Shown here piece by piece: positions 8,026 to 18,047 of a DNA stretch of 64,000 nucleotides. The notes below the pieces were generated by a model, which searched no databases, was not told the origin of the DNA, and saw nothing but the letters and a program-made list of their open reading frames with translations. Numbering within the stretch: the first letter of the stretch is position 1; each line of letters opens with the position of its first letter. Source of the stretch: Sedimentisphaerales bacterium (GTDB lineage Bacteria; Planctomycetota; Phycisphaerae; Sedimentisphaerales; SM23-30); NCBI GenBank assembly GCA_963663965.2, contig CAXXFK010000025.1, positions 96,001-160,000 on the forward strand. The letters are read 5' to 3'. The position numbers and the translations under genes were made by a program.

Positions 8026-8325
8026 ATGCATAGCAATATGAACAATAAAAAACTGATATTATTAATATTGATTATAGATGCCATCCTTATTGGTATTACC
8101 GGGATTTTAGTGTCAAATAAAGAATATAGTTCGATGATGATGCAGTCAGTTTTCGCATTTCTGGCCGGTATTGTGCAAATTATTCTTTGCATTTCCGGCC
8201 TCATAGTCAACAGGCGCTTTTATAATAAGGGGGCGATATTATTTTATATCCTGCATATAATTATCACGCTGGTTTTTGTAAATATTTCAGATAGCGGATA
8301 TTTTTACCATAAATATGGACACTAA
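8026..8325 (+). CDS. Small AT-rich integral membrane protein (about 3 TM helices)
   Basis: 99-aa ORF with three hydrophobic segments. Same strand and composition as the other array genes. Confidence 0.65.
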   Translation: MHSNMNNKKLILLILIIDAILIGITGILVSNKEYSSMMMQSVFAFLAGIVQIILCISGLIVNRRFYNKGAILFYILHIIITLVFVNISDSGYFYHKYGH

Positions 8326-8417
8326 GAAAGAGGATAGGATTGTGCCTAATGATGATAAAGAATGGAGTGATAGGAATAAATACGAGGAACAGAAAGTTAT
8401 AGTGCCAAGGAGTTATT

Positions 8418-8684
8418 ATGAAAGATAATGACAATCGCAACGTGAATGATTATCCGGAAAAGAAGGGCACCGTGGATATTTATCATGAGTTGGCAGAAGA
8501 TCAGGTTGATGTTGTTTATATTGAGGGGGATCGGGCCGGGCTGGAAAGTCTGGCGGAATTGTTATTATGGTTGACGCGTCATACCGGTGTGGAGCCGATG
8601 GATGATCATATTCATCTGCATCGAAATGTGCAATTGGGGAAACGGTCTTGTGAAGTTGCGGTTTATTGCCGGGAGGATGTGTAA
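8418..8684 (+). CDS. Imm32-like immunity protein
   Basis: AAGGAG RBS. Acidic 88-aa protein with IEGDRAGLESLAELLL...DDHIHL, matching the pattern recalled for Imm32. Confidence 0.6.
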   Translation: MKDNDNRNVNDYPEKKGTVDIYHELAEDQVDVVYIEGDRAGLESLAELLLWLTRHTGVEPMDDHIHLHRNVQLGKRSCEVAVYCREDV

Positions 8685-9047
8685 TGTAGAACGGAATAAT
8701 TGAACGGGAAGCGTTTGTATTGATTGGTGGATATGTGGGAAAAAAAGAAACAGCCGGAACAACTACGAAAGGTACGAAACCCTCGTAAGAAAACGGGTTG
8801 GAAGAGGAATTTAATAAACCGCGTGGGCGGTGGCTACCCTGCTGGCTCAGAAGTGTTAATGGATCGGGGTTTATTGGCCTGGGGATGGGAAATGGGGGTA
8901 TCATAAAACTTAAAAAAGATGCCAGATATTGTATGGTTTCTGTTGGGGATATGGTGAAAATAGGGTGGTTTCCTGTTAGAATGGTAGTATTACCGGGCAT
9001 AGATTCGTTACTTTAAATCGATTTTCAGGCGCTTATGGGAGCAGGTC

Positions 9048-12000
9048 ATGAAGACTTTGATTGGAATTTTGCTGGTTCTGTTGATGGGAATGCCGGTTAT
9101 AGATATTCAGGCGGATGAGCTGGCGGATAGTTTTGTGTCGCCGCAGGATTCGGCGCGGCCGTGGGTTTACTGGTTTCCTTTGAATGGGAACCTGACCAAG
9201 GCGGGGATTACGGCGGATCTGGAAGCGATGGCCCGGGTGGGGATTGGCGGGGTGCTGTATATGGAGGTGGATCAGGGTGCGCCGGCGGGTGAAGCGGATT
9301 TTGCCGGGCCGTTGTGGATGGAGATGATTGGCCATGCCTGCCGGGAGGCTAAGCGGCTGGGGCTGGAAATCAATATGCACAACGATGCCGGCTGGAACGG
9401 GAGCGGCGGGCCGTGGATTACGCCGGAGATGTCGATGCAGAAGGTGGTGTGGAGCGAGGTGGTGGTGGATCGGGATGGTGGCGGTTCGATTGTGCTGCCG
9501 CAGCCGGCGGCGGTCAGGGGGTTTTATCGTGATATCGCGGTGCTGGCGATGCCGGCGCCGTCGGTGGAGAAACGCATTGCTGATATAGAAGGCAAGGCCT
9601 CGTATCAGATCAGGGGGTATGGTCCGCTGGCGGCCGAGTTCGCGGAGGTGGAGGGTGGGGCGGTGATTGACCGGGAGCGGATTGTTGACCTGACGGGGAA
9701 GATGGGGGCTGATGGGATGCTCAATTGGAGCCCGCCGGTGGGGAAGTGGCTGGTGATGCGATTTGGTCATACTACGACCGGCAAGGAGAACCATCCGGCG
9801 CCGGGGCCGGGTTGCGGTCTGGAATGCGATAAGCTCAGCCGGGAGGCGGCTGTGCTGCATTTTCGGCATTTGATGGACCGGATCATCGAGCAGAACCAGG
9901 CCATGACCGGGCAGGATAAAACCCTGGTGGGTGTTCATATCGACAGCTGGGAGAACGGCACGCAGAACTGGACGTTGCGGATGCGGGAGGCGTTTCGCCA
10001 GAAGCGGGGGTATGATATGCTGTCGTTTCTGCCGGTGTACACCGGGCGGATTGTTGACAGTATGGAAGTCAGTGAGCGGTTTTTGTGGGATCTGCGCCAG
10101 ACTATTTCTGAGCTGCTGATTGAGAATTACGCCGGGACCTTTAAGGAACTGGCTCATAAGAACGGTTTGCGTCTGACGATCGAGGCCTATGGTGAAGCGG
10201 CGGATGATTTTGCTTATGCGGGTCAGGCGGATGAGCCGATGGGAGAGTTCTGGGCGTGGGGTAAGTTCGGGGCGGCCGGATCGGTGACGGAGATGGCATC
10301 CGCGGCGCATACCTACGGCAAGCGGATCCTGGGCGCGGAGGCGTTTACTGCCGACAGCAATGAGAGATGGCAGGGGCACCCGGCGAATATCAAGGACCTG
10401 GGCGACTGGGCGTTTTGTGAAGGGATCAATCGTTTTGTGTTTCACCGTTACGCGGCCCAGCCGTGGCTTCATCAAGCGCCGGGGATGAGTATGGGGCCGT
10501 GGGGTCTTCATTACGAGCGGACCCAGACCTGGTGGGAACAGTCGGTGGCGTGGCATTTGTACCTGGCCCGGTGCCAGTCGCTGCTGCAACAGGGCATGTA
10601 TGTGGCGGATATTGTTTACCTGATGCCGGAAGGCGCGCCGCGCGGATGCAACCTGCCGCCGGAGACGGAACTGGCGCCGCATATCCGGAGCGGTTATGGC
10701 TTTGATGCCTGTTCGGCGGAAGTGGTGCTGACGCGGATGCGCGTGCAGGGTGGCCGGATTGTGCTGCCGGATGGGATGAGCTACCGGGTATTGGTGTTGC
10801 CGGGACAGGATACCATGACGCCGGGTTTGCTGGCTAAAATCCAGGAACTGGCGGAGGCGGGGGCGATGATTGTCGGGCCGGGAACGCCGCCCCGTAAGAG
10901 TCCGAGTCTGGCCGATATGGGGAAAGGGGATGAGGTTGTTCGTAAGAATGGCGCGGCGCTTTGGGATTCGGGTAAGATTCTGACGGGAAAGACGGCCCAA
11001 CAACGGCTGAGTGAGATGGGGGTGGCGCCTGATTTTTCGGCGAGTCCGCTGCTGCGGTATATTCACCGGCGGATCGGGTCGGCGGAGGTCTATTTTGTGG
11101 CTAATCCGGAACTGGTCGATGTTGAGGCGGTGGCGGATTTTCGTGTGAGTGATCGACAGCCGGAACTGTGGTGGCCGGATAGCGGGCGGATGGAGAAACT
11201 GGTTACCTATCGGGAAATCGATGGGATTACCCGTGTTCCGTTGCGACTGGAGGGTCGTGGTTCGGTGTTTGTGGTATTCCGGCAACCGGCAAAGGGGATT
11301 GATCCGATTATCGCGCTGCGCCATGAGGGTGAGGTGCAATGGTCATTGGAGAAACGGGAAAAGGTGGGGCAGGAGATTAAGATTGTCAGTGCGATTTATG
11401 GTCCGCCCGGTGATGCGGCGCGTACCCGAAATGTAACACAGAAGCTGCAAGATTTGATTGATACCGGTAAACATTATTTTCAGGTGGCGGAGATGGCCCG
11501 TGGCGATGACCCGGCGTATGGCGTGGTCAAAACCCTGACGATTGAATACCAAGCCGGGGGGCAGACCCTGACGGCAGTGGGTCAGGATCCGGATATGATC
11601 AGCCTGGGCGTGCCGTGCGCGGAACGGCCGGCCGAGATTGGGGGCGCGAATGGTAAGGGGATGGAATTGCTGGTGAGGGAGGCGGGTCGTTATGAGTGGC
11701 AGACGGCCGGTGGTAAAACAAAATCGGTGGCAGTGGGATCTGTGCCAGAAACGCTGGAGATAGCGGGGCCGTGGCGAGTGCATTTCGATCCGGAACGAGG
11801 CGGGCCTGAGGATGTTGAATTTAATAAGCTGGAAGACTGGTCGAAACGTGCGGAGGAGGGTATCAAGTATTATTCCGGCGGGGCGGTTTACCAGACGACT
11901 TTTACGGTTGAAAAGATAGCTAAGAATACGATCTGGCTGCTGGACCTGGGACAGGTGGAGGTGATGGCGGAAGTGAAGCTGAATGGCCGGGACCTGGGGA

Positions 12001-12317
12001 TACTCTGGAAACCGCCTTATCGCGTGGATATCGGTTCGGCGCTGCGGGCGGGTGAGAACCGGTTGGAGATCAAGGTAGTGAACCTATGGATTAATCGCCT
12101 GATTGGCGATGAGAATCTGCCGGAAGACAGTGATCGCCATGGTAACGGTACGCTCAAATCGTGGCCGGAATGGGTTCGGCAGGATAAGGCCAGTCCGACC
12201 GGGCGTTTGAGTTTTACCAGCTGGCGGCTCTGGAAGAAGGGAGACAAGCCGGCGCCTTCGGGTTTGATCGGGCCGGTCACGGTGCGGCCGATGGTGAAAC
12301 TCGCTGTTGATCGCTGA
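9048..12317 (+). CDS. Secreted GH106 alpha-L-rhamnosidase-like glycoside hydrolase
   Basis: Signal peptide. Motifs SARPWVYW, ITADLEAM..VGIGG, GWNGSGGPWITPE, GLECDKLS, HIDSWE and AEAFT. C-terminal GH2-type sugar-binding domain (LDLGQV..MAEV.LNG). Confidence 0.9.
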   Translation: MKTLIGILLVLLMGMPVIDIQADELADSFVSPQDSARPWVYWFPLNGNLTKAGITADLEAMARVGIGGVLYMEVDQGAPAGEADFAGPLWMEMIGHACREAKRLGLEINMHNDAGWNGSGGPWITPEMSMQKVVWSEVVVDRDGGGSIVLPQPAAVRGFYRDIAVLAMPAPSVEKRIADIEGKASYQIRGYGPLAAEFAEVEGGAVIDRERIVDLTGKMGADGMLNWSPPVGKWLVMRFGHTTTGKENHPAPGPGCGLECDKLSREAAVLHFRHLMDRIIEQNQAMTGQDKTLVGVHIDSWENGTQNWTLRMREAFRQKRGYDMLSFLPVYTGRIVDSMEVSERFLWDLRQTISELLIENYAGTFKELAHKNGLRLTIEAYGEAADDFAYAGQADEPMGEFWAWGKFGAAGSVTEMASAAHTYGKRILGAEAFTADSNERWQGHPANIKDLGDWAFCEGINRFVFHRYAAQPWLHQAPGMSMGPWGLHYERTQTWWEQSVAWHLYLARCQSLLQQGMYVADIVYLMPEGAPRGCNLPPETELAPHIRSGYGFDACSAEVVLTRMRVQGGRIVLPDGMSYRVLVLPGQDTMTPGLLAKIQELAEAGAMIVGPGTPPRKSPSLADMGKGDEVVRKNGAALWDSGKILTGKTAQQRLSEMGVAPDFSASPLLRYIHRRIGSAEVYFVANPELVDVEAVADFRVSDRQPELWWPDSGRMEKLVTYREIDGITRVPLRLEGRGSVFVVFRQPAKGIDPIIALRHEGEVQWSLEKREKVGQEIKIVSAIYGPPGDAARTRNVTQKLQDLIDTGKHYFQVAEMARGDDPAYGVVKTLTIEYQAGGQTLTAVGQDPDMISLGVPCAERPAEIGGANGKGMELLVREAGRYEWQTAGGKTKSVAVGSVPETLEIAGPWRVHFDPERGGPEDVEFNKLEDWSKRAEEGIKYYSGGAVYQTTFTVEKIAKNTIWLLDLGQVEVMAEVKLNGRDLGILWKPPYRVDIGSALRAGENRLEIKVVNLWINRLIGDENLPEDSDRHGNGTLKSWPEWVRQDKASPTGRLSFTSWRLWKKGDKPAPSGLIGPVTVRPMVKLAVDR

Positions 12318-12529
12318 TGTGGCTGAACGAATTGGTTATTGTGATTGTGGAGGGGAAAATCGCCGGTATCCGTTTGGCAGGAAAAAGATTGCATTAAGCG
12401 GGAAAATAGTGTATTTTAAAATACAGCATCTTTGGTAGTACAAATAGTTATTGTTGACGAAGTCCTTTTATAGCAGGCAGTTGTGGCTGTAAGGGGGCAG
12501 TTTTTGTTTGCGCTATAAGGATGTAAACG

Positions 12530-13315
12530 ATGAAAAGCATGATAGAACGGAACAGGTCTGGCCATTTGCGGTGTGGATTTACTTTGATTGAATTATTGGT
12601 AGTGGTCTCGATTATCGCGCTACTGGTGGCGATTTTGATGCCGGCGTTGCATCTGGCACGGATGCAGAGCCGGATCACCGTGTGTGGGGCTCATCTCAAG
12701 CAGGTGGGTTTGGCGATGGTGATGTATTCGGATAACTATAATGAGTCCATCCCGCCGGATAATGGCGAGATGCACGGGTATGTAGTATATCGGGACGATA
12801 TTCGTATAAACGGGAAGCTACGGCCGCATCGCTGGGCATATCTTTATGAACTGCACTATATCGATCAGCCGGAAATGTTTTACTGTCCGGCCAACCGGTT
12901 GGGCTGGGCAGTCTTTGAGAACTATAATTCCCCGACTCGCTGGGGGACGCTGCCGCAGGATTTTAACGCGGGTGGTAATGAATGGATCCGGATTGGGTAC
13001 AGTTACTGGCCGATCAAGCGGGGCGCTCAAAGTGGTTTTGACAAAGCCACCAAGTATAGCAAGCTTTATCTGGATATGCCTTATGCAACGGATCTGACGC
13101 ATGGTCTGAAGAATGTGAGCCATCAGCGGCGTGCCGGGCGTAATGACGAGACCTATAAGGCCTCCAACCAGTATTCGCTGAACGCGCTGTATCCGGACGG
13201 CCATGTGAGCAGCTGCAAGGAACCGACGGTTTTTCAGGATCCGGTATGGGATAATTTTCCTGATTATGAAACGCTGCATTATACGCTGTTCAAGCTGATC
13301 GGGCGTTATCAGTAA
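12530..13315 (+). CDS. Prepilin-type N-terminal cleavage/methylation protein (DUF1559/H-X9-DG-like)
   Basis: GFTLIELLVVVSIIALLVAILMPAL, FYCPA and C-terminal NALYPDGHV. Confidence 0.9.
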   Translation: MKSMIERNRSGHLRCGFTLIELLVVVSIIALLVAILMPALHLARMQSRITVCGAHLKQVGLAMVMYSDNYNESIPPDNGEMHGYVVYRDDIRINGKLRPHRWAYLYELHYIDQPEMFYCPANRLGWAVFENYNSPTRWGTLPQDFNAGGNEWIRIGYSYWPIKRGAQSGFDKATKYSKLYLDMPYATDLTHGLKNVSHQRRAGRNDETYKASNQYSLNALYPDGHVSSCKEPTVFQDPVWDNFPDYETLHYTLFKLIGRYQ

Positions 13316-13703
13316 TAGATTCAGACTGACCGTGGATTGACTTGAGGACTTATAAGCTTGAATTAAAAAATGCTAAAGAGCAATAACTGCCAAATGAAAG
13401 AATAGGCGAGTATTGATTTTATTAAAGCGTTAAAAATCTACCGTTGTACGATATTATACCCATCGGGTAAGGAAATGTCCGATCGCTCGCAAGCTAAGTA
13501 TTACTCGTAAAAGACTTATTTCACGGCTCAGCGGGCATTATCAAACGTTAATGGCATATAAGGGTGGGTAAGAAATCGGGAGATTACTGCAATTGGGGTG
13601 GTTTACCGGTCGTTTTTATCGATATGGAACATTGATGAGTTCTGTCCAGATGCGCAGGGGAGCTTTGTTACCAACCAGAATTGATAATCCCAGGAGATCG
13701 ACT

Positions 13704-14964
13704 ATGACCAGGAAAATTGTATTAACAATGCTTGTTTTGAGTGTGCCGTTATGGGGTCAGTTGAAACACAGTCCGACGACAAAGTATCCAACCTATCAGG
13801 GACTGGTCATGGCGGGGTATCAGGGCTGGTTTCAGGCGGGTCGCGATGGGACGTTTTATCCGGATGAGAAGCGGATCCGGATCGATATGTGGCCGGATGT
13901 GAGTGAGTATCCGCAGACCTATCCGACGGGTTTGAATCATGCCGATGGTTCAACGGCGCGGTTTTTTCAATCGAAGGATAAAAGCACGATCGATATCCAT
14001 TTTAAATGGATGAAGGAGTATGGGGTGGATGGCGTTTTCATGCAGCGGTTTTTCCACAGGACCAAGCCGGGGCGGGGACGTGAAGAGGCGGCTGAACTGT
14101 TGACGCACGCGTTTAATGCCGCGTCGGAGAATGAGCGGGCGATTGCGATTATGTATGATCTGTCGGGATTGCGGGCGACGGGGGAGGATTGTTCCAGTCT
14201 GATCGAGGACTGGAAGTACCTGGTGGATACGCAGAAGGTGACCAATCAGGCAGGGACCAAGACCTATCTGCATCATGACGGGAAGCCGCTGGTGACGATC
14301 TGGGGCGTGGGCTTTCCGGACCGGCCTTATAATATCCGCACTATCGGACTGGACAAGGTGATCGATTTTCTGCATAACGATCCGGTTTATGGCGGGTGCG
14401 CGGTGATGCTGGGTGTGCCGACGTATTGGCGTGATTTATGCGCGGATTGTGTGCCGGACCCATATCTGCATGAACTGATCAAGCAGGCGGATATTGTGTT
14501 GCCGTGGATGGTGCAGCGGTTTACGCCGCTATTGCATAACGAGATGGACCGGTACCGGGACCATATCAAGGCGGACCTGGCCTGGTGCGCGGATCATGGG
14601 CTGGATTATGTGCCTTGTGTCTATCCGGGATTCAGCTGGCATAATCTGAGCCGGTTTGAATTTCCGGATGATGTCAAGCCGGTGGGCTCGATCCCGAGGC
14701 AGGGCGGGCGGTTTTACTGGCAGCAGATTTCGACGGCGATTTCATCGGGGGGGGGAGATGCTGTATGTGGCGATGTTCGATGAGGTGAATGAGGGGACCG
14801 CGATATTCAAATGCAGCGATAATCCGCCGGTGGGCGAGGTGGCCCAGTTTATCACGATGGATGGCAAGCCCTCGGATCATTATCTGTGGCTGACCGGGCA
14901 GGCGGGTAAGATGCTGCGGAAGGAGATTCCGTTTATGGGTAAGATGCCGGAGCGTGGTGAGTAG
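13704..14964 (+). pseudogene. GH71/GH99-like xylosidase/arabinosidase, frameshifted at a G9 tract
   Basis: AGGAG RBS and signal peptide. Motifs VMAGYQGWF, HFKWMKEYGVDGVFMQRF and PGFSWHNL. The conserved tail MLYVAMFDEVNEGTAIFK is in another frame after the G run at 14747-14755. Confidence 0.85.
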
Positions 14965-14987
14965 ATAGGGATAGAATTTTGAAGCTG

Positions 14988-15027
14988 AAGGGTACCTCTA
15001 ATCGTTGTTGGGGAGGTACCCTTTTTT
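14988..15027 (+). terminator. Intrinsic terminator between convergent genes
   Basis: AAGGGTACCTC / GAGGTACCCTT stem followed by a T tract. Confidence 0.8.
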
Positions 15028-15038
15028 GTTGATGGTCA

Positions 15039-16571
15039 TTATTTCAGGTTGTTGAGTTCAATAATGGGGGAGGTGGGAGTATTTTCGGGGAATTCGGCGA
15101 TGGTTTTGACCTGGGTGAAGTCGTTGGCGATGAGTTTGATATGGGCTGAGTTCTGGTCTGTGATAAGCAGGAAAAGCGGGGTGGAATCGGTAGGGTGGAA
15201 TTGGGTCAGAGTGATGTTGGAGGCGTTGGTCAGTTGGAAGATGGGTTGGTTATGAGATGGAGTGGCCAGGTCGAGACCGGAGAAGCGGCTGTTATGGCAA
15301 TCTTCCAGGATAACCGCGGGGCGCGCGTCGGGGGCGCGCAGGTTGAACCGGATATTTTCGCAGACAAGATTTCGGGCGTGGCGGATATAAAGGCCGTAGG
15401 CCGGCAGAGTGGGGCCGAACATGCGGTTTTCGGGATAGGCGGTTTCTTTTTCGGGAACAGGCCGGGCGGCGTGTTCGAGAGTGCCGGCGCCTTTATAAGT
15501 GAAAATGACATCGTGGATGGTGACGTTCTCGACGTAATGGCCGGGGATGCCGGTGATAGAACTGGGCAACAGGCTTTCACTGGTGGCGACGATATTGCCA
15601 ATAGTGACATTTTTGAGCACGCCGGGACCGCGGCGGCTGCCCAGGCGGATGAACAGCGGGGTCTGGATATCGGTCATGGAGATATTGGAGATGGCGATCT
15701 GGTCCATGACGCCGCCGTCGACCGATTCCAGGGCGATGCCGGAGATGACGGTTTCGTCGGCAGTAACGCCTTCGATCTGGGTGCTCCAGCGGCGATGGGC
15801 GGCTTGGGATGGGCGACGAATGGCGCAGTTGGAGACGGTTATGTTTTTAAAACCGCAGAGACCGGCGGTGCCGAATTTGATGGCGTTGCAATTGGAGGCC
15901 AGAATGCAATTGCTGATACTGATGTTTTCGGGCAGGTAGTTGGGATCATCACTTTTTAGGCACATGGCGTCGTCATCACAATCGATAATGCAGTTGGAAA
16001 TGACGATGTTTTTGCCGTCGATATCGATGCCGTCGTTGTTTTCGTTGGCGAACGAATAGATACGGACTCCCTGTACGATGACGGTGTCGGATTGCAGGAT
16101 GCGAAAGACCCAGGTGGGCGAATTGATGAGGGTGACGTCTTTGACGGTGATATTTTTGCTTTGATAGAGGCGGATGTTGTTGTGGCGAGGGCCGTTGGTG
16201 GGAAACCATTTTTTGAAGCCCTGGCCGTTAATCGTACCGGGGCCGGTAATGGCGGCGTTTTCGATTTTATTGGCGTAGATGAGGCCGGCGGAGAAGGCTT
16301 TGGGATTGGTGCCGCCCAGAATAACGGCGCCCTGTTGCAGATGAAGATTAACATTGCTTTTGAGGTAGATCGTTTTATCGGCGAGGAACGTGCCGGGGGG
16401 GACCGTGACAGTGCCACCGCCGGTTGCGGTACAATGATCGATGGCTTGCTGGATGGCTGTGGCGGAAGGGGTGGTTCCATCCGCAACAGCCTGGTAATCG
16501 ATGATGCTGACATTTTCGGCTAAGGCTAAGTGAGTTAACAGGCAGATCATCAGAGTCAGGCAGTGTTTCAT
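15039..16571 (-). CDS. Secreted GH28 (polygalacturonase-family) beta-helix hydrolase
   Basis: Signal peptide. AIQQAID...GGGTVTVPPG, NNDGIDID, DDDAMCLKS and CNAIKFGT. Confidence 0.9.
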   Translation of the reverse strand: MKHCLTLMICLLTHLALAENVSIIDYQAVADGTTPSATAIQQAIDHCTATGGGTVTVPPGTFLADKTIYLKSNVNLHLQQGAVILGGTNPKAFSAGLIYANKIENAAITGPGTINGQGFKKWFPTNGPRHNNIRLYQSKNITVKDVTLINSPTWVFRILQSDTVIVQGVRIYSFANENNDGIDIDGKNIVISNCIIDCDDDAMCLKSDDPNYLPENISISNCILASNCNAIKFGTAGLCGFKNITVSNCAIRRPSQAAHRRWSTQIEGVTADETVISGIALESVDGGVMDQIAISNISMTDIQTPLFIRLGSRRGPGVLKNVTIGNIVATSESLLPSSITGIPGHYVENVTIHDVIFTYKGAGTLEHAARPVPEKETAYPENRMFGPTLPAYGLYIRHARNLVCENIRFNLRAPDARPAVILEDCHNSRFSGLDLATPSHNQPIFQLTNASNITLTQFHPTDSTPLFLLITDQNSAHIKLIANDFTQVKTIAEFPENTPTSPIIELNNLK

Positions 16572-16610
16572 GGCAGGGGCCTTTCAGGTTACAGGAGAAT
16601 ATTCATAAGG

Positions 16611-18047
16611 CTAATTTAATTTGACTAGGGTAGGAGAAACCTCGGATTCGGTCATAGTATAGGGCAATTGGTAGATGGTGTCGCCGGTTTTGTTGGTGAA
16701 ATAAAGATGCGATTCGGAGAGCGAGTCGGGATTGCCATCGGCCCAGAAGGCATAAAAATCGGGATGGGCGTTGCGCGGGCGGCGGGCGTAGTTATGATTG
16801 AGCGGGCTGTTGGCGGTGAGTGTGCGGGCGCGGAACCACTGGCGGCCCTGGTCGTAGCTGAGCCAGAGCGCCAGTTCGCCGCCGGCGCCCCAGTTTTGCG
16901 GGCCGGGGAGAGTAGGGGCGATGATGCGCCAGATGCCGCTGGGTTCAAGATAGAGCGAGCCCATGTCGTAGTTGTGGGTAGAGGTAGTCACTTCGTGGAA
17001 TTGCCAGTCGCCCTGTTGCCAGTGCGCAATGGTCCAGGTGCGGGGATTGCCATTGGGCCCGGGTTGGTAGTGACTGCTGGTGAGGTAGAGCAGGACAGGA
17101 TTGCCATCAAGGTCGAAGCCGATGTCTTTGAGATAGACGAGGCGGCTTTCGGTGCGGTAGTCATGAACCAGGGCCGGGCATTGCGGGTCGGTGAGAGGCA
17201 GAGAGACGGTCTGGCCATCGGCAGTTTGCCAGGTCTGGCCAAGGTCTGAGGTTTGCAGGAAGTAGAGATTGGTGCGGCGGTCGACATTGCCGCCAGGATG
17301 CATATTGAAGGCGGTAATGATCCGGCCATCCTGTTCGTTACTCATCTGGTAATGGCCGCCCATCCCGGCGAGTTGCCGAGGTGGCGTCCAGTTTGTGCCA
17401 TCGATATCGGAGGTACTGAAGTAGAGTTCGCGGCCATGGGAGTATTGAGTAAACAGGTGGAGGAAGCCGTGGCCGGTGATCCACCAGGGTTGGGGGTAGG
17501 TGAATTCGGATTCACTGATTTGTTCGAAGGAATCGATGGACCAGGGCTCCCGGCTGCGATAGATATAACCGGGTCGTGCGCGAGCCCGGCCGCTGACGAA
17601 GACCCAGAGGTGGCCGGTGTCATCGATATTAAGGCTGGGATTGTCGTGGGGATCGTTGACGGTGATTTTGTCGTGGACAATGATGGGCTGGGGGACACAG
17701 TGGCGTTGATGGTCGTACCAGGAGATCATGGCCAGGAGATGTCGCTGGTCGCTTTGGGTAGTGCCGCCATAGACGAAGAAGGTTTTATTGACCTGGGGCG
17801 CGTAAACGGCCAGCGGGTGGTGTTTGGCGGTGTAGGTGCCCAGACCGCCAGAGTATTTGGAACCGTATTCGGACCGCTGGCCGAGGTCGAACCAGATGCC
17901 GCGATAGCCGGTGACGGTCTGGCCGGTGAGATTGGGAGGAGAGGTGGAGGGAGACTGGGCCAGTGTTGACTGGAGAAGGGAGCAGAAAAGGAACCCATTC
18001 AGATAGAAAAAGAATAGAACGGTTTTACATGACCTATGTTTGTTCAT
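16611..18047 (-). CDS. BNR-4 repeat beta-propeller protein, possibly GH143-like
   Basis: GGAG RBS before ATG 18047. GYRGIWF..GQ...KYSGGLGTYT, DPHDNPSL, and Asp-box motifs (TSDLGQTW, SYDQGRQW). Confidence 0.75.
   Translation of the reverse strand: MNKHRSCKTVLFFFYLNGFLFCSLLQSTLAQSPSTSPPNLTGQTVTGYRGIWFDLGQRSEYGSKYSGGLGTYTAKHHPLAVYAPQVNKTFFVYGGTTQSDQRHLLAMISWYDHQRHCVPQPIIVHDKITVNDPHDNPSLNIDDTGHLWVFVSGRARARPGYIYRSREPWSIDSFEQISESEFTYPQPWWITGHGFLHLFTQYSHGRELYFSTSDIDGTNWTPPRQLAGMGGHYQMSNEQDGRIITAFNMHPGGNVDRRTNLYFLQTSDLGQTWQTADGQTVSLPLTDPQCPALVHDYRTESRLVYLKDIGFDLDGNPVLLYLTSSHYQPGPNGNPRTWTIAHWQQGDWQFHEVTTSTHNYDMGSLYLEPSGIWRIIAPTLPGPQNWGAGGELALWLSYDQGRQWFRARTLTANSPLNHNYARRPRNAHPDFYAFWADGNPDSLSESHLYFTNKTGDTIYQLPYTMTESEVSPTLVKLN

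Noticed and set aside
8724..9016. Short ORFs, one with YPAGSEVLMDRG resembling a HINT domain start
   Set aside because: Lacks the catalytic Cys, is very short and has no other HINT motifs. Probably chance or unrecognisable decay.
9033..11339. 768-aa minus-strand ORF and many other overlapping ORFs in the track
   Set aside because: Antisense or alternate-frame shadows of well-supported genes, with Arg/Pro/His-biased composition and no motifs.
13340..13570. Possible sigma region-4 HTH remnant (RYY...IARKLSITRKRLISRLS)
   Set aside because: Flanked by stops, short, and the similarity is too weak to call.
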